From an uncultured delta proteobacterium (lineage in GTDB: Bacteria; Myxococcota_A; UBA9160; SMWR01), in assembly GCA_963832165.1 (NCBI GenBank), contig CAWHTE010000004.1, forward strand, positions 256,001-320,000: DNA of 64,000 nt, written 5' to 3'. Position numbers and translations under genes: made by a program. The notes beneath the pieces were generated by a model that was given only the letters and a program-made list of their open reading frames with translations, searched no databases and was not told the DNA's origin. This document shows positions 27,600 to 36,699 of this stretch, in pieces. Every line of letters starts with the position of its first letter. Position 1 is the stretch's first letter.

Positions 27600-30500
27600 G
27601 CGCGGCCCGGCGCCTCGCTGTGCAGGCGGAACGCGGCGAGGAGCTCCTGCTCCTTCGCGCGGACCTTCTCGATGTGGTGCTCGCGCACCTGCTCGAAGCC
27701 GCGCACGTGCTCGGGCAGGCTCGCGATCTCGACCGCGATGTCGAGGTTACGCGGGTCGAGGCTCTCGAGCAGCCGGTCGACGGTGGCCTCGTAGTCGCGG
27801 CACAGCTTCTGCTCGAGCCGGCGATGCGCGGTGAGGCCGAACACGTTCAGCGGGGTGCTCCGCAGGAACTTGAACTTCGCCATCACCGAGAGCAGAGGAA
27901 GGAACCAGCTCGCCGGGATCCGCCATTTCTTCATGCGCCCGGTGTCGGGATCGCGGCGCTCGGTGAGCCAGTCGATCACGGGGATCGAGAACGGCGGGGC
28001 GAAGTGCACGTAGAGCCGGTAGTCGCCCTGGAACTCGGCTTCGAGCTGGCGCTGGAACGAGCCGTCGGTGTAGAGGCGCGCCACCTCGAACTCGTCCTTG
28101 ATCGCGAGCAGCTTGAAGTAGTAGCGGGCCACCGCGGACGCGAGTCGCGTCGAGCCCGGAGCGACCTTCTGCTCGAGCGCCGCCACGCGCTCGACGCGCG
28201 CGCGATAGGCCTCGGCAAAGCGCGCGTTCTGGTAGTCGGTCAGGAACGCGACGCGGCGCGCGACGATTGCGTCGAGGTCGTCTGCGACGCCCGCGAGCTG
28301 CGAATCGCGCACGGCCGGGCGCGCCGCGGCCTCGACCGCGGACGGGTCGTGCGCTGCGAGCCGGCCCCACGCGAACGCGCGCAGGTTCGCCCCGACCGCG
28401 CGTGCGTTGAGCGCAAACGCGCGCTCGAGCGCTGCGCGTCCGACGGGGAGCAGGCCTTTCTGGTAGGCGAAGCCCATCAGGAACGGATTGGTGAAGATCG
28501 CGTCGCCGCAGAGCGCCGTGGCGAGCCGTGTCGCGGCGACGAAGTCGCACGCGCGCGCCCCGCTGCGAATCGCATCCTCCATGTGCCGGCTCGACAGGTC
28601 GAGGTCGGGGTTGGTCGCGAACTCCGAGGTCGGAGCGACGTGGCTGTTCACGATCGCCGCGGTCCGACTCGCGGCGAGCTTCGCGAGGCTGTCGGCGCTC
28701 GTGGTCACGACGATGTCGCAACCGATCACGAGATCGGCGGAGCCCGCGGCGATCCGCGTCGCCGCGATCGACTCGGGGCGCGCGGCGATGCGCACGTGGC
28801 TCGTGACGGGGCCGTTCTTCTGCGCGAGACCGGTCACGTCGAGCACCGAGCAGCCCTTGCCCTCGAGGTGCGCGGCCATCCCGAGCAGCGCGCCCACCGT
28901 GATCACGCCCGAGCCGCCGATCCCGGTCACGAGCACGTTCCAGGGCTGCTCGAGATCGAGCGGGGAGGGCTCGGGCAGCGCCGCAAAGCGCGCGTCGTCG
29001 GTGCTGACCCCCTCCGACGCGGCCACGCGGACCTTGCCGCCCTCGACGGTCACGAAGCTCGGGCAGTGGCCCTTCAGGCACGAGAAGTCCTTGTTGCAGC
29101 TCGACTGGTTGATCCGCCGCTTGCGGCCGAACTCGGTCTCGATCGGCTCGATCGAGATGCAGTTCGATTGCACGCTGCAATCGCCGCAGCCCTCGCACAC
29201 GAGCTCGTTGATCACCACGCGCCGGTCGGGATCCGGGAACTCGCCGCGCTTGCGGAGTCGGCGCGCCTCGGCGGCGCAGGTCTGGTCGTAGATCAGCGCC
29301 GAGACACCGGGCGCTTCACGCAGGTCGCGCTGCACGCGGTCGAGCTGGTCGCGGTGGTGGACCGTGACGCCCGGCGGCAGCGCGATTCCCGCGAACTTCG
29401 CAGGCTCGTTCGACGCGATCGCGATCCGGCGCACGCCCTCGGCGGCGAGCTGCTGCGCGATCTCGGGCACCGTGACCTCGCCCTCCATGCGCTCGCCTTC
29501 GATCGGCTGCCCGCCCGTCATCGCGACCGCGCCGTTGGCGAGGATCTTGTAGGTGATGTGGACGCCCGCAGTGACCGCGGCGCGAATCGCGAGCAGTCCG
29601 CTGTGGAAGTAGGTGCCGTCGCCGAGGTTCTGGAAGATGTGACCCGTTTCGGTGTAGGGCGCGGAGCCGATCCAGTTGGCGCCTTCGCCGCCCATGTGGG
29701 TGACCGCGAGGGTGGGGCGGTCGGGCAGCCACACGGCCATCCCGTGACAGCCGATTCCGCCCTGCGCGAGGCTGCCCTCGGGCACGACCGTCGAGGTGTT
29801 GTGCGGGCAACCGGAGCAGAACGCGGGCAGTCGCAGCGGGCCTGCGGCGGCCGGCAGCACAGCCGGCGCCGCAGCCGGGCGCAGGCGTGGCCCGATCTCG
29901 GGCGCCGCGCGCGTGAGCCAGCTCCGCAGCAACCCGACCACGTCGCCGGGCGTGAGCTCTCCCACGTTGGGAACGCAGGCCGCGCCCTCCGCGTCGAGCT
30001 TTCCCGTGAGTCGCGGGCGCTCCGCGCTGTTGAAGAGCAGGCGTGCGAGCTGCTCCTCGATCACGGGCCGCTTCTCCTCGATCACGATCAGGTGCTCGAG
30101 TCCGCGCGCGAACGCGCGGATGCCCTCGGGCTCGAGCGGCCACGAGAGCGCCACCTTGTAGATCTCGAGACCGAACGCGGCCGCGGTCGCGGCGTCGATG
30201 CCGAGCTCGTCGAGCGCCTGGCGCACGTCGAGATACGCCTTGCCCGTGGTCACGATGCCGAGCCGTCGGCGCGCGCCACCACCCAGGAAGACGCGATCGA
30301 GGCGGTTCGCGCGCACGAACGCCTGCACGGCGGGAAGGCGCTGCTCGAACAGCCGCCGCTCGACCTGGATCGGCAGGTTCGACCAGCCGATGTGGAGGCC
30401 CGGAGGCCGCACGAAATCGCCGGGTTCCACGACGGTGACGCGCTCGGGCGAAACCTCCACCGAACCCGCGCTCTCGACGGTGTCGGTCAGACACTTGAAG

Positions 30501-31111
30501 CCGACCCAGCAGCCCGAATAACGCGAGAGCGCGAACCCGTACAGACCGAGATCGAGGTAGTCCTGCACGCTCGACGGGTTCAGGATCGGGATGCCGCAGT
30601 GGATCAGCGCCTGCTCGCTCTGGTGCGCGATCGACGACGATTTCGCGCCGGGATCGTCGCCTGCGAGCGCGAGCACGCCGCCGTTCGGCGCGGTGCCCGC
30701 GTAGTTCGCGTGCTTGAGCGCGTCGCACGAGCGGTCGACGCCGGGCCCCTTGCCGTACCAGATGCCGAACACGCCGTCGTGCTTCGCGCCCGGGTACAGG
30801 CCCGCTTGCTGCGAGCCCCACACCGCGGTCGCCGCGAGGTCTTCGTTCACGCCGGGCTCGAACCGGACGCCGTGCTCGTCGAGCAGCGCACGCGCCTGCC
30901 ACAGCGCCATGTCGTAGGTGCCCAGCGGCGAGCCGCGATAGCCCGAGATGAATCCGCGCGTGTCGAGCCCCGCCGCGAGATCGCGCTGGCGCTGCAGCAT
31001 CGGCAGCCGTACGAGCGCCTGCACGCCGCTCAGATACACGCGTCCGCGGGCTCGCCGATAGCGGTCGTCCAGCTCGTATTCTCGGTCGAAATCGACCGCG
31101 GGATCAGTCAC
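27596..31111 (-). CDS. Indolepyruvate:ferredoxin oxidoreductase family protein (fused alpha-beta)
   Basis: ISGYRGSPLG, WYGKGPGVDRS, FCSGCPHN, GDGTYFHSG, VCEGCGDC, GIGGSGVIT and KDEFEVARL. Confidence 0.95.
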   Translation of the reverse strand: MTDPAVDFDREYELDDRYRRARGRVYLSGVQALVRLPMLQRQRDLAAGLDTRGFISGYRGSPLGTYDMALWQARALLDEHGVRFEPGVNEDLAATAVWGSQQAGLYPGAKHDGVFGIWYGKGPGVDRSCDALKHANYAGTAPNGGVLALAGDDPGAKSSSIAHQSEQALIHCGIPILNPSSVQDYLDLGLYGFALSRYSGCWVGFKCLTDTVESAGSVEVSPERVTVVEPGDFVRPPGLHIGWSNLPIQVERRLFEQRLPAVQAFVRANRLDRVFLGGGARRRLGIVTTGKAYLDVRQALDELGIDAATAAAFGLEIYKVALSWPLEPEGIRAFARGLEHLIVIEEKRPVIEEQLARLLFNSAERPRLTGKLDAEGAACVPNVGELTPGDVVGLLRSWLTRAAPEIGPRLRPAAAPAVLPAAAGPLRLPAFCSGCPHNTSTVVPEGSLAQGGIGCHGMAVWLPDRPTLAVTHMGGEGANWIGSAPYTETGHIFQNLGDGTYFHSGLLAIRAAVTAGVHITYKILANGAVAMTGGQPIEGERMEGEVTVPEIAQQLAAEGVRRIAIASNEPAKFAGIALPPGVTVHHRDQLDRVQRDLREAPGVSALIYDQTCAAEARRLRKRGEFPDPDRRVVINELVCEGCGDCSVQSNCISIEPIETEFGRKRRINQSSCNKDFSCLKGHCPSFVTVEGGKVRVAASEGVSTDDARFAALPEPSPLDLEQPWNVLVTGIGGSGVITVGALLGMAAHLEGKGCSVLDVTGLAQKNGPVTSHVRIAARPESIAATRIAAGSADLVIGCDIVVTTSADSLAKLAASRTAAIVNSHVAPTSEFATNPDLDLSSRHMEDAIRSGARACDFVAATRLATALCGDAIFTNPFLMGFAYQKGLLPVGRAALERAFALNARAVGANLRAFAWGRLAAHDPSAVEAAARPAVRDSQLAGVADDLDAIVARRVAFLTDYQNARFAEAYRARVERVAALEQKVAPGSTRLASAVARYYFKLLAIKDEFEVARLYTDGSFQRQLEAEFQGDYRLYVHFAPPFSIPVIDWLTERRDPDTGRMKKWRIPASWFLPLLSVMAKFKFLRSTPLNVFGLTAHRRLEQKLCRDYEATVDRLLESLDPRNLDIAVEIASLPEHVRGFEQVREHHIEKVRAKEQELLAAFRLHSEAPGRA

Positions 31112-31343
31112 TTGAAGGCAAACCTCTCGATTCCCCCCCGAGCTGGGCCTGACTCCCGGAGGGAGGTGCGCGCGCCAAGCCTATCTCATATGGCGGCGGG
31201 ACCGACATGGCCCGCGTGCCGCGTGCCGGGCGCTCGGCGCGCACTGACCGATCCCGTCTTTTGGTCAGCGATTTACTTTGCGCGCCTGCGGTTGCGAGGT
31301 GAACTTGCAAATCACCCGGACTCCGAGCCGGATCGGGTCGCTG

Positions 31344-33132
31344 ATGGGGGTCGGCGCTGGAGCTGTTACGGACGATCGATGAGCCGCGCGCGCTCCGCGA
31401 GCTGGGGCGCGCCGGGCTGGCACAGGTGGCGCGCGAGCTGCGCGAGCACCTGATCGCGCTGGGCGCTGAGATCGGCGGGCACTTCGCGGGCAGCCTCGGC
31501 ACCGTCGAGCTCACGGTGGCTCTGCACGCGGTGTTCGATACGCCGCACGATCGGATCGTCTGGGACGTCGGGCACCAGGCCTACGGCCACAAGGCGCTGA
31601 CCGGCCGCCGCGAGGCGCTGCGCAGGATCAAACGCGCCGACGGACCCGCGGGCTTCCTGCGCCGCTGCGAGAGTACCTACGACGTTTTTGGCGCCGGGCA
31701 CGCGGGCACATCGGTGTCGGCGGCGCTCGGCATCGCCGAAGCCGCCGCGCGCATGGGCACACGCCGCCGCGCGGTCGCGGTGATCGGGGACGGTGCGGCG
31801 ACCTCGGGCATGTCGTTCGAGGCGCTCAACCACGCGGGGCACCTCCAGAGCGATCTGCGTGTGGTGTTCAACGACAACGGCATGTCGATCGCGCCCAACG
31901 TGGGCGGTCTGCACCGCACGGGCGACGTCGCGGGCTATATCCGTGCTCTCGGCCTCACCTATCAGGGGCCGGTCGACGGCCACGATCTCGACGCGCTGCT
32001 CGACGCGCTCGAGCGGCTGCGCGACGCCGACGGACCGGCGCTCCTGCACGTGAAGACGCGCAAGGGTATGGGCTATGCGCCGGCCGAGGCCGATCCCTAC
32101 CGCTGGCACGCGACCGTACCGTTCGACCGCGCGCGCGGTGTCCGGCGCGCGAGCGGCGCCGGGCCGCCGAGCTGGACGACGGCATTCGCCGACGCGCTCG
32201 CGCGGCTCGCGGATCGCGACCCGCGCGTGGTCGCGCTGACTGCGGCGATGCCCGACGGCACGGGGCTCGATCGCTTTGCGGCGCGGCATCCGGACCGCAT
32301 GTACGACGTCGGGATCGCCGAGCAGCACGCGGTGACGTTCGCGGCCGGGCTTGCGAGCGAGGGGCTGCGGCCCGTCTGCGCGATCTACTCGAGCTTCCTG
32401 CAGCGCGGCTTCGACCAGATCGTGCACGACGTGGCGCTGCAGGGCCTGCCGGTGACGTTCGCGCTCGATCGCGCAGGCGTGGTCGGCGCCGACGGGCCGA
32501 CGCATCACGGCGCGTTCGACCTCGCCTACCTGCGCCTGATCCCGCACCTCGTGGTGGCCGCTCCGCGCGACGAGAACGAGCTGCAGCACCTGCTCGCGAC
32601 CGCGGTCGAGAGCGGCGTGCCGTTCGCGCTGCGCTTCCCGCGCGGCGCCGCGACCGGCTGCGCGATCGATCCGGACGCGAAGCCGCTTCCGATCGGCCGC
32701 GGCGAGCTGCTGCGCGACGGCAGCGACCTCGCGATCGCGGCGATCGGCAAGACGGTGCCCGCGGCGCTCGCGGCGGCCGATCTGCTCGCGCGCGACGGGA
32801 TCTCCGCGGCGGTCGTCGACGCGCGCTTCGTCAAGCCGCTCGACGCGCCGATGTTCTGCGCGCTCGCGCGGCGGCTCGGCCTCGTCGTCACGGCAGAGGA
32901 TCACGCGCTCGCGGGCGGCTTCGGCAGCGCTCTGCTCGAGCTGCTCGCGGAGCGCGCGCCCGGGACCCAGGTCGTGCGGCTCGGCCTGCCGGACCGCTTC
33001 CTCGACCACGCGGAGCAGGACGCGCAGTGGAAGGAGGCGGGCATCGACGCGGACGCGATCGCACACGCAGCCGCGCAGGCGCTGCGCGCGTGCGCGCGTC
33101 CCGGAGCGCAGCGACCGGAGGCCGCGGCATGA
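31344..33132 (+). CDS. dxs: 1-deoxy-D-xylulose-5-phosphate synthase
   Basis: GGHFAGSLGTVEL, WDVGHQAYGHK, GDGA, NDNGMSI, GPVDGHD, DVGIAEQHAV and DGPTHHG. The DXS-like N-terminus (LLRTIDEPRALREL) extends upstream of 31426; ATG 31344 is one base out of frame at a G5 run. Confidence 0.93.
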
Positions 33133-34082
33133 CTTATGGCCTTCGCTCGCCTTCGGCTCGCTGCGCGAAACTTGCCGGCGCGACGCCTTCGCCGGCCGTA
33201 CTCGACGCGTACGCGCACTGCGCAGGGATCGCGCGGCGCAGCGGCTCGAGCTTCCTCGCGGCGTTCTGGATGTTCCCGCGCGCGGAGCGGCGCGCGCTGC
33301 ACGCGATCTACGCGTTCTGCCGGCTCGTCGACGACATCGCCGACGACCCCGCGCTGCGCGGCGACCGCGCGATGCTGCTCGAGCGCTGGCACGAAGAGCT
33401 CGTCGACGCCTACCGGGGCAAGGCGCGCCACCCGGTCGGAATCGCGCTGGGCGACGCGGTGCACCGCTTCCGTCTGCCCGAGGACTGCTTCCTCGATCTG
33501 CTCTCGGGCATCGAGGCCGACCTGCGCGGCGGCGAGATCGAGACGTTCGCGGAGCTCGAGCACTACTGCTACTGCGTCGCGTCGACGATCGGCCTGCTCG
33601 TGTGCGGCGTGCGCGGGCTGCGCGGCGCGCACGTGCGCGACTACGCGGTACACCTCGGCATCGCGGTCCAGCTCACCAACGTGCTGCGCGACGTGGGCGA
33701 GGACGCCGCGGGCGGGCGCGTCTATCTCGCGCGCGAGGATCGCGAGGCGTTCGGCGTCACGACGGAGTCGCTGCGCGCGGGCGTTCACAGCGAGCCGCTC
33801 GCGCGCCTGCTCTCGCTCTACGCCGCGCGTGCGCGCGAGCGCTACCGCCAGGCGCAGCGCGCGCTGCCCGCCGAGCTGCGCCGCCGGCTGCGCCCGGCGC
33901 AGGCGATGGGCGCGATCTACCGCGAGCTGCTCGAGGCGCTCGAGCGGCGCGACTTCCCGTACGACGGCCCCGCGCTGCGCCTCTCGAAGGCGCACCGTAT
34001 CGCGATCGCCGCGCGCGAGTGGGTCGGCATCGGAGCCCACACGAGCCGCGCGCAGCGAAGCGCACCCGAGCGAAGGCCATGA
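33129..34082 (+). CDS. hpnD: Presqualene diphosphate synthase HpnD
   Basis: GSSFLAAF, IYAFCRLVDDIADD, YCYCVAS and QLTNVLRDVGED; ATGA overlap with dxs. Confidence 0.9.
   Translation: MTYGLRSPSARCAKLAGATPSPAVLDAYAHCAGIARRSGSSFLAAFWMFPRAERRALHAIYAFCRLVDDIADDPALRGDRAMLLERWHEELVDAYRGKARHPVGIALGDAVHRFRLPEDCFLDLLSGIEADLRGGEIETFAELEHYCYCVASTIGLLVCGVRGLRGAHVRDYAVHLGIAVQLTNVLRDVGEDAAGGRVYLAREDREAFGVTTESLRAGVHSEPLARLLSLYAARARERYRQAQRALPAELRRRLRPAQAMGAIYRELLEALERRDFPYDGPALRLSKAHRIAIAAREWVGIGAHTSRAQRSAPERRP
33133..33175 (-). repeat. 43-bp junction repeat, copy A (inverted relative to copies B and C)
   Basis: cttatggccttcgctcgccttcggctcgctgcgcgaaacttgc is 41/43 identical to the reverse complement of 35144-35186. 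Confidence 0.9.
34049..34080 (+). repeat. Junction repeat, diverged copy B at the hpnD/fni boundary
   Basis: cgcgcagcga-agcgcacc-cgagcgaaggccat has the same frame as cgcgcagcga-gccgaagg-cgagcggagtccat. Its terminal AT forms the fni ATG. Confidence 0.7.
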
Positions 34083-35134
34083 GCGAAGTCAGCGCGCGCA
34101 AGCAGGCACACCTCGATCTGTGCGCGCACGGCGACGTCGAGGCGCGCGGCACGACACTGCTCGAGGAGGTGCACCTGCTGCACCAGGCGCTGCCCGAGCT
34201 GTCGGCCGCCGACGTCGACCCGTCGATCTGGCTGTTCGGGCGGCGGCTCGCCGCGCCCGTGTACATCTCGGGCATGACCGGTGGCACAGAACGCGCCGGC
34301 GCGATCAACCGCGCGCTCGCGGCCGCGGCCCAGAAGGCCGGCTTCGGCTTCGGGCTCGGCTCGCAGCGCGCGATGTGGACCGACCCCGAGCTCGCCGCGA
34401 GCTATCGCGTGCGCGACGAAGCGCCCGACGTCGTGCTGCTCGGCAACGTCGGCGTCGTGCAGGCGCGCGGGTACGGGGCGGCCGCCGTGGCGGAGCTGGT
34501 CGAGGCGGTCGGCGCCGACGCGCTCTGCGTGCACCTGAATGCCGCCCAGGAGCTCGCGCAGGACGAGGGCGACCGCGATTTCCGCGGCGGCGTCGAGACG
34601 ATCGCCACGCTGGTCGAATCGCTGCACGTGCCCGTGATCGCGAAGGAGACCGGCTGCGGCCTGTCGCCCGCCGCGCTCGCACGGCTGCGCGAGGCGGGCG
34701 TCGAGTGGGTGGACGCGTCGGGCGCGGGCGGCACGACCTGGCCGGGCGTGGAGGCGCTGCGCGGATCGGCGCGCCAGCGCGCGCTCGGTTCGCTGCTGCG
34801 CGAGTGGGGCATTCCGACGGCCGCGAGCATCGCGTATGCGCACCGCGCAGGACTCTCGACGCTGGCCTCGGGCGGGATCCGGAGCGCACTCGACGTCGTG
34901 CGCGCGCTCGCGCTGGGGGCGCGCGCAGCGGGGATGGCGCTGCCGTTCCTGCGCGCGTACGAGCGCGGCGGGGCGAACGCGGTCGCGGCGCTGTGCGAAG
35001 AGCTCAGCGAGGGAGTGCGTGCGTTGCTGTTGCTCTCGGGCGCGTCTCGCCCGGAGCAGCTCGCGCTTGCGCCCCGCGCGCTCGGGCCGCGGCTTCGCGC
35101 CTGGCTCGATGTTGCCGATGGCGCGCAGGGCTGA
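34079..35134 (+). CDS. fni: Type 2 isopentenyl-diphosphate delta-isomerase (IDI-2, FMN-dependent)
   Basis: RKQAH, GMTGG, GSQR, HLNAAQE, KETGCG, GAGGT, WGIPT and SGGIR. Confidence 0.93.
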   Translation: MSEVSARKQAHLDLCAHGDVEARGTTLLEEVHLLHQALPELSAADVDPSIWLFGRRLAAPVYISGMTGGTERAGAINRALAAAAQKAGFGFGLGSQRAMWTDPELAASYRVRDEAPDVVLLGNVGVVQARGYGAAAVAELVEAVGADALCVHLNAAQELAQDEGDRDFRGGVETIATLVESLHVPVIAKETGCGLSPAALARLREAGVEWVDASGAGGTTWPGVEALRGSARQRALGSLLREWGIPTAASIAYAHRAGLSTLASGGIRSALDVVRALALGARAAGMALPFLRAYERGGANAVAALCEELSEGVRALLLLSGASRPEQLALAPRALGPRLRAWLDVADGAQG

Positions 35135-35135
35135 G

Positions 35136-35810
35136 ATGCTCGTGCAAGTTTCGCGCAGCGAGCCGAAGGCGAGCGGAGTCCATAAGGGGGGAGGCACGTC
35201 GACTGATCCGCCGGACCCTGTGCCCGCGCGCGGGCGCAAGGAGGAGACGCAGGAGCGGATCGTCGCCGCTGCGCTCGCGCTGTTCGCCACTCGCGGGTAC
35301 GAGGGCACGAGCATCTCCGCGATCGCGGCCCACGCGCGCGTCTCGCGCGCTGCCGTGTTCTGGCACTTCGGCGACAAGGAGGGTCTGTTCCGCGAGACCT
35401 TCCGGCGCATGCTCGTGCCGTTCTTCGCCGAGCTCCAGGCCAGCCTCGAGCACATCCCGCCGCGCGAGCGCGTGTTCGAGATCCTCTCCGCCTACGAGCG
35501 CGTGGTGGAGGAGAACGAGGAAGCGATCCGCTCGATCGTGCGCTGGCTGCTCGAGAGCGAGAAGCTGCGCGCGTCTTTGCGCGAGACGCTGTTCGCGCTC
35601 CACGACGCGCTCGTGAAGGACATCGGCGAGACGCTGGCGGCCGCGGGCGGCGGCACCGATGCGAGCGAGCAGCTCGGTGCTGCGCTCGTGGCGATGCTCG
35701 ACGGAAACCTCCTGCTCGCGCTGCTCGATCCGAATGCGCGCAACCGCGAGCTGCGGCGCGCCGGGCTCCGGCGCCTCGTGGAGCTCGCGATCGGAGCCGA
35801 CCGTGAGTGA
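35136..35810 (+). CDS. TetR/AcrR family regulator inside the hopanoid operon
   Basis: HTH IVAAALALFATRGYEGTSISAIAAHARVSRAAVFWHFGDKE. Alternative start GTG 35220. Confidence 0.9.
   Translation: MLVQVSRSEPKASGVHKGGGTSTDPPDPVPARGRKEETQERIVAAALALFATRGYEGTSISAIAAHARVSRAAVFWHFGDKEGLFRETFRRMLVPFFAELQASLEHIPPRERVFEILSAYERVVEENEEAIRSIVRWLLESEKLRASLRETLFALHDALVKDIGETLAAAGGGTDASEQLGAALVAMLDGNLLLALLDPNARNRELRRAGLRRLVELAIGADRE
35144..35186 (+). repeat. 43-bp junction repeat, copy C at the fni/tetR boundary
   Basis: gcaagtttcgcgcagcgagccgaaggcgagcggagtccataag; encodes QVSRSEPKASGVHK if translated from ATG 35136. Confidence 0.9.
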
Positions 35811-36699
35811 GCGCGCGCTCGCGCTCGCAGGCGTGCCGGTTGGGAGCGATCGGCTCGCCGCGCGGGAGCTCTCGCCCGACGCGGTGCTGAGTCGGCTCCG
35901 CGGCGAGAACTTTCCCGTGGCGCTCCGCTGGCTGCCGCGCGCGCTGCGCGCCGACCTGATCGCGATCTACGGGGCGGCTCGTCTGATCGACGAGGCCGGC
36001 GACGCCGCGGGCGGCGATCGCAACGCGCTGCTCGACGAGGTCGAGAGGGACGTGCTTGCGGCGTTCGCGGGTGGGGCGCGTCATCCCCTGCTGCGCCGGC
36101 TCACGCCGCTCGCGGCCGCGCACGACCTCACTCCCGATCCGTTCCTGCGGCTGATCGCGGCGAACCGCTTCGATCAGCGGGCGCCCGACCTCGCGAGCTG
36201 GAGTGAGCTGTGCGACTACTGCCGACTCTCGGCAGAGCCGGTCGGTGAGCTCGTGCTGCGCATCTTCGACCAGGCGAGCGAGGAGAACCTGCGCGATTCG
36301 GGCGCCGTCTGCACCGCGCTGCAGGTGCTCGAGCACTGCCAGGACGTGGCCGAAGATGCGCGCGCAGGGCGCTGCTATCTGCCGCGCGACGACCGCGGGC
36401 GCTTCGGCTGCCGCGCGGAGGACCTGGTCGCGGAGCCCGCGCCCGAGCAGCTGCGGCGTTGCGTTGCGGTACAGGTCGAGCGCGCGCGCGATCTGCTCGC
36501 GTACGGCGATCTCCTGTGCGCGCGTCTGCGCGGATTCGCGCGCCCGGTCGTGGCCGCCTACGCCGCAGGAGGCTGGGCCACCGCCGCCGCGCTCGAGCGC
36601 GCGGAGTTCGATCCGAACCAGCGGCCGGTGCGGCCGCGCCGGATCGCCACGGTCAGCCACGCACTGCGAATCATGTGGGGGCGCGGAGGTCGCGCGTGA
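35803..36699 (+). CDS. hpnC: Hydroxysqualene synthase HpnC
   Basis: ENFPVA, IYGAARLIDEAGD, YCRLSAEPVGELVL and LQVLEHCQDV. Confidence 0.9.
   Translation: MSERALALAGVPVGSDRLAARELSPDAVLSRLRGENFPVALRWLPRALRADLIAIYGAARLIDEAGDAAGGDRNALLDEVERDVLAAFAGGARHPLLRRLTPLAAAHDLTPDPFLRLIAANRFDQRAPDLASWSELCDYCRLSAEPVGELVLRIFDQASEENLRDSGAVCTALQVLEHCQDVAEDARAGRCYLPRDDRGRFGCRAEDLVAEPAPEQLRRCVAVQVERARDLLAYGDLLCARLRGFARPVVAAYAAGGWATAAALERAEFDPNQRPVRPRRIATVSHALRIMWGRGGRA

Noticed and set aside
27620..31453. 1277-aa plus-strand ORF, and similar long antisense ORFs (21799-24798, 8726-10969, 47825-50089, 55120-57681, 59155-61692, 39927-41852)
   Set aside because: Shadow frames opposite well-supported genes. They are Arg/Ala-rich with no motifs, as expected in high-GC DNA with few stop codons.
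33133..35186. Composite transposon carrying hpnD-fni between inverted repeats
   Set aside because: No transposase and no evident target-site duplication, and a third copy lies inside. It is better explained as a dispersed small repeat.
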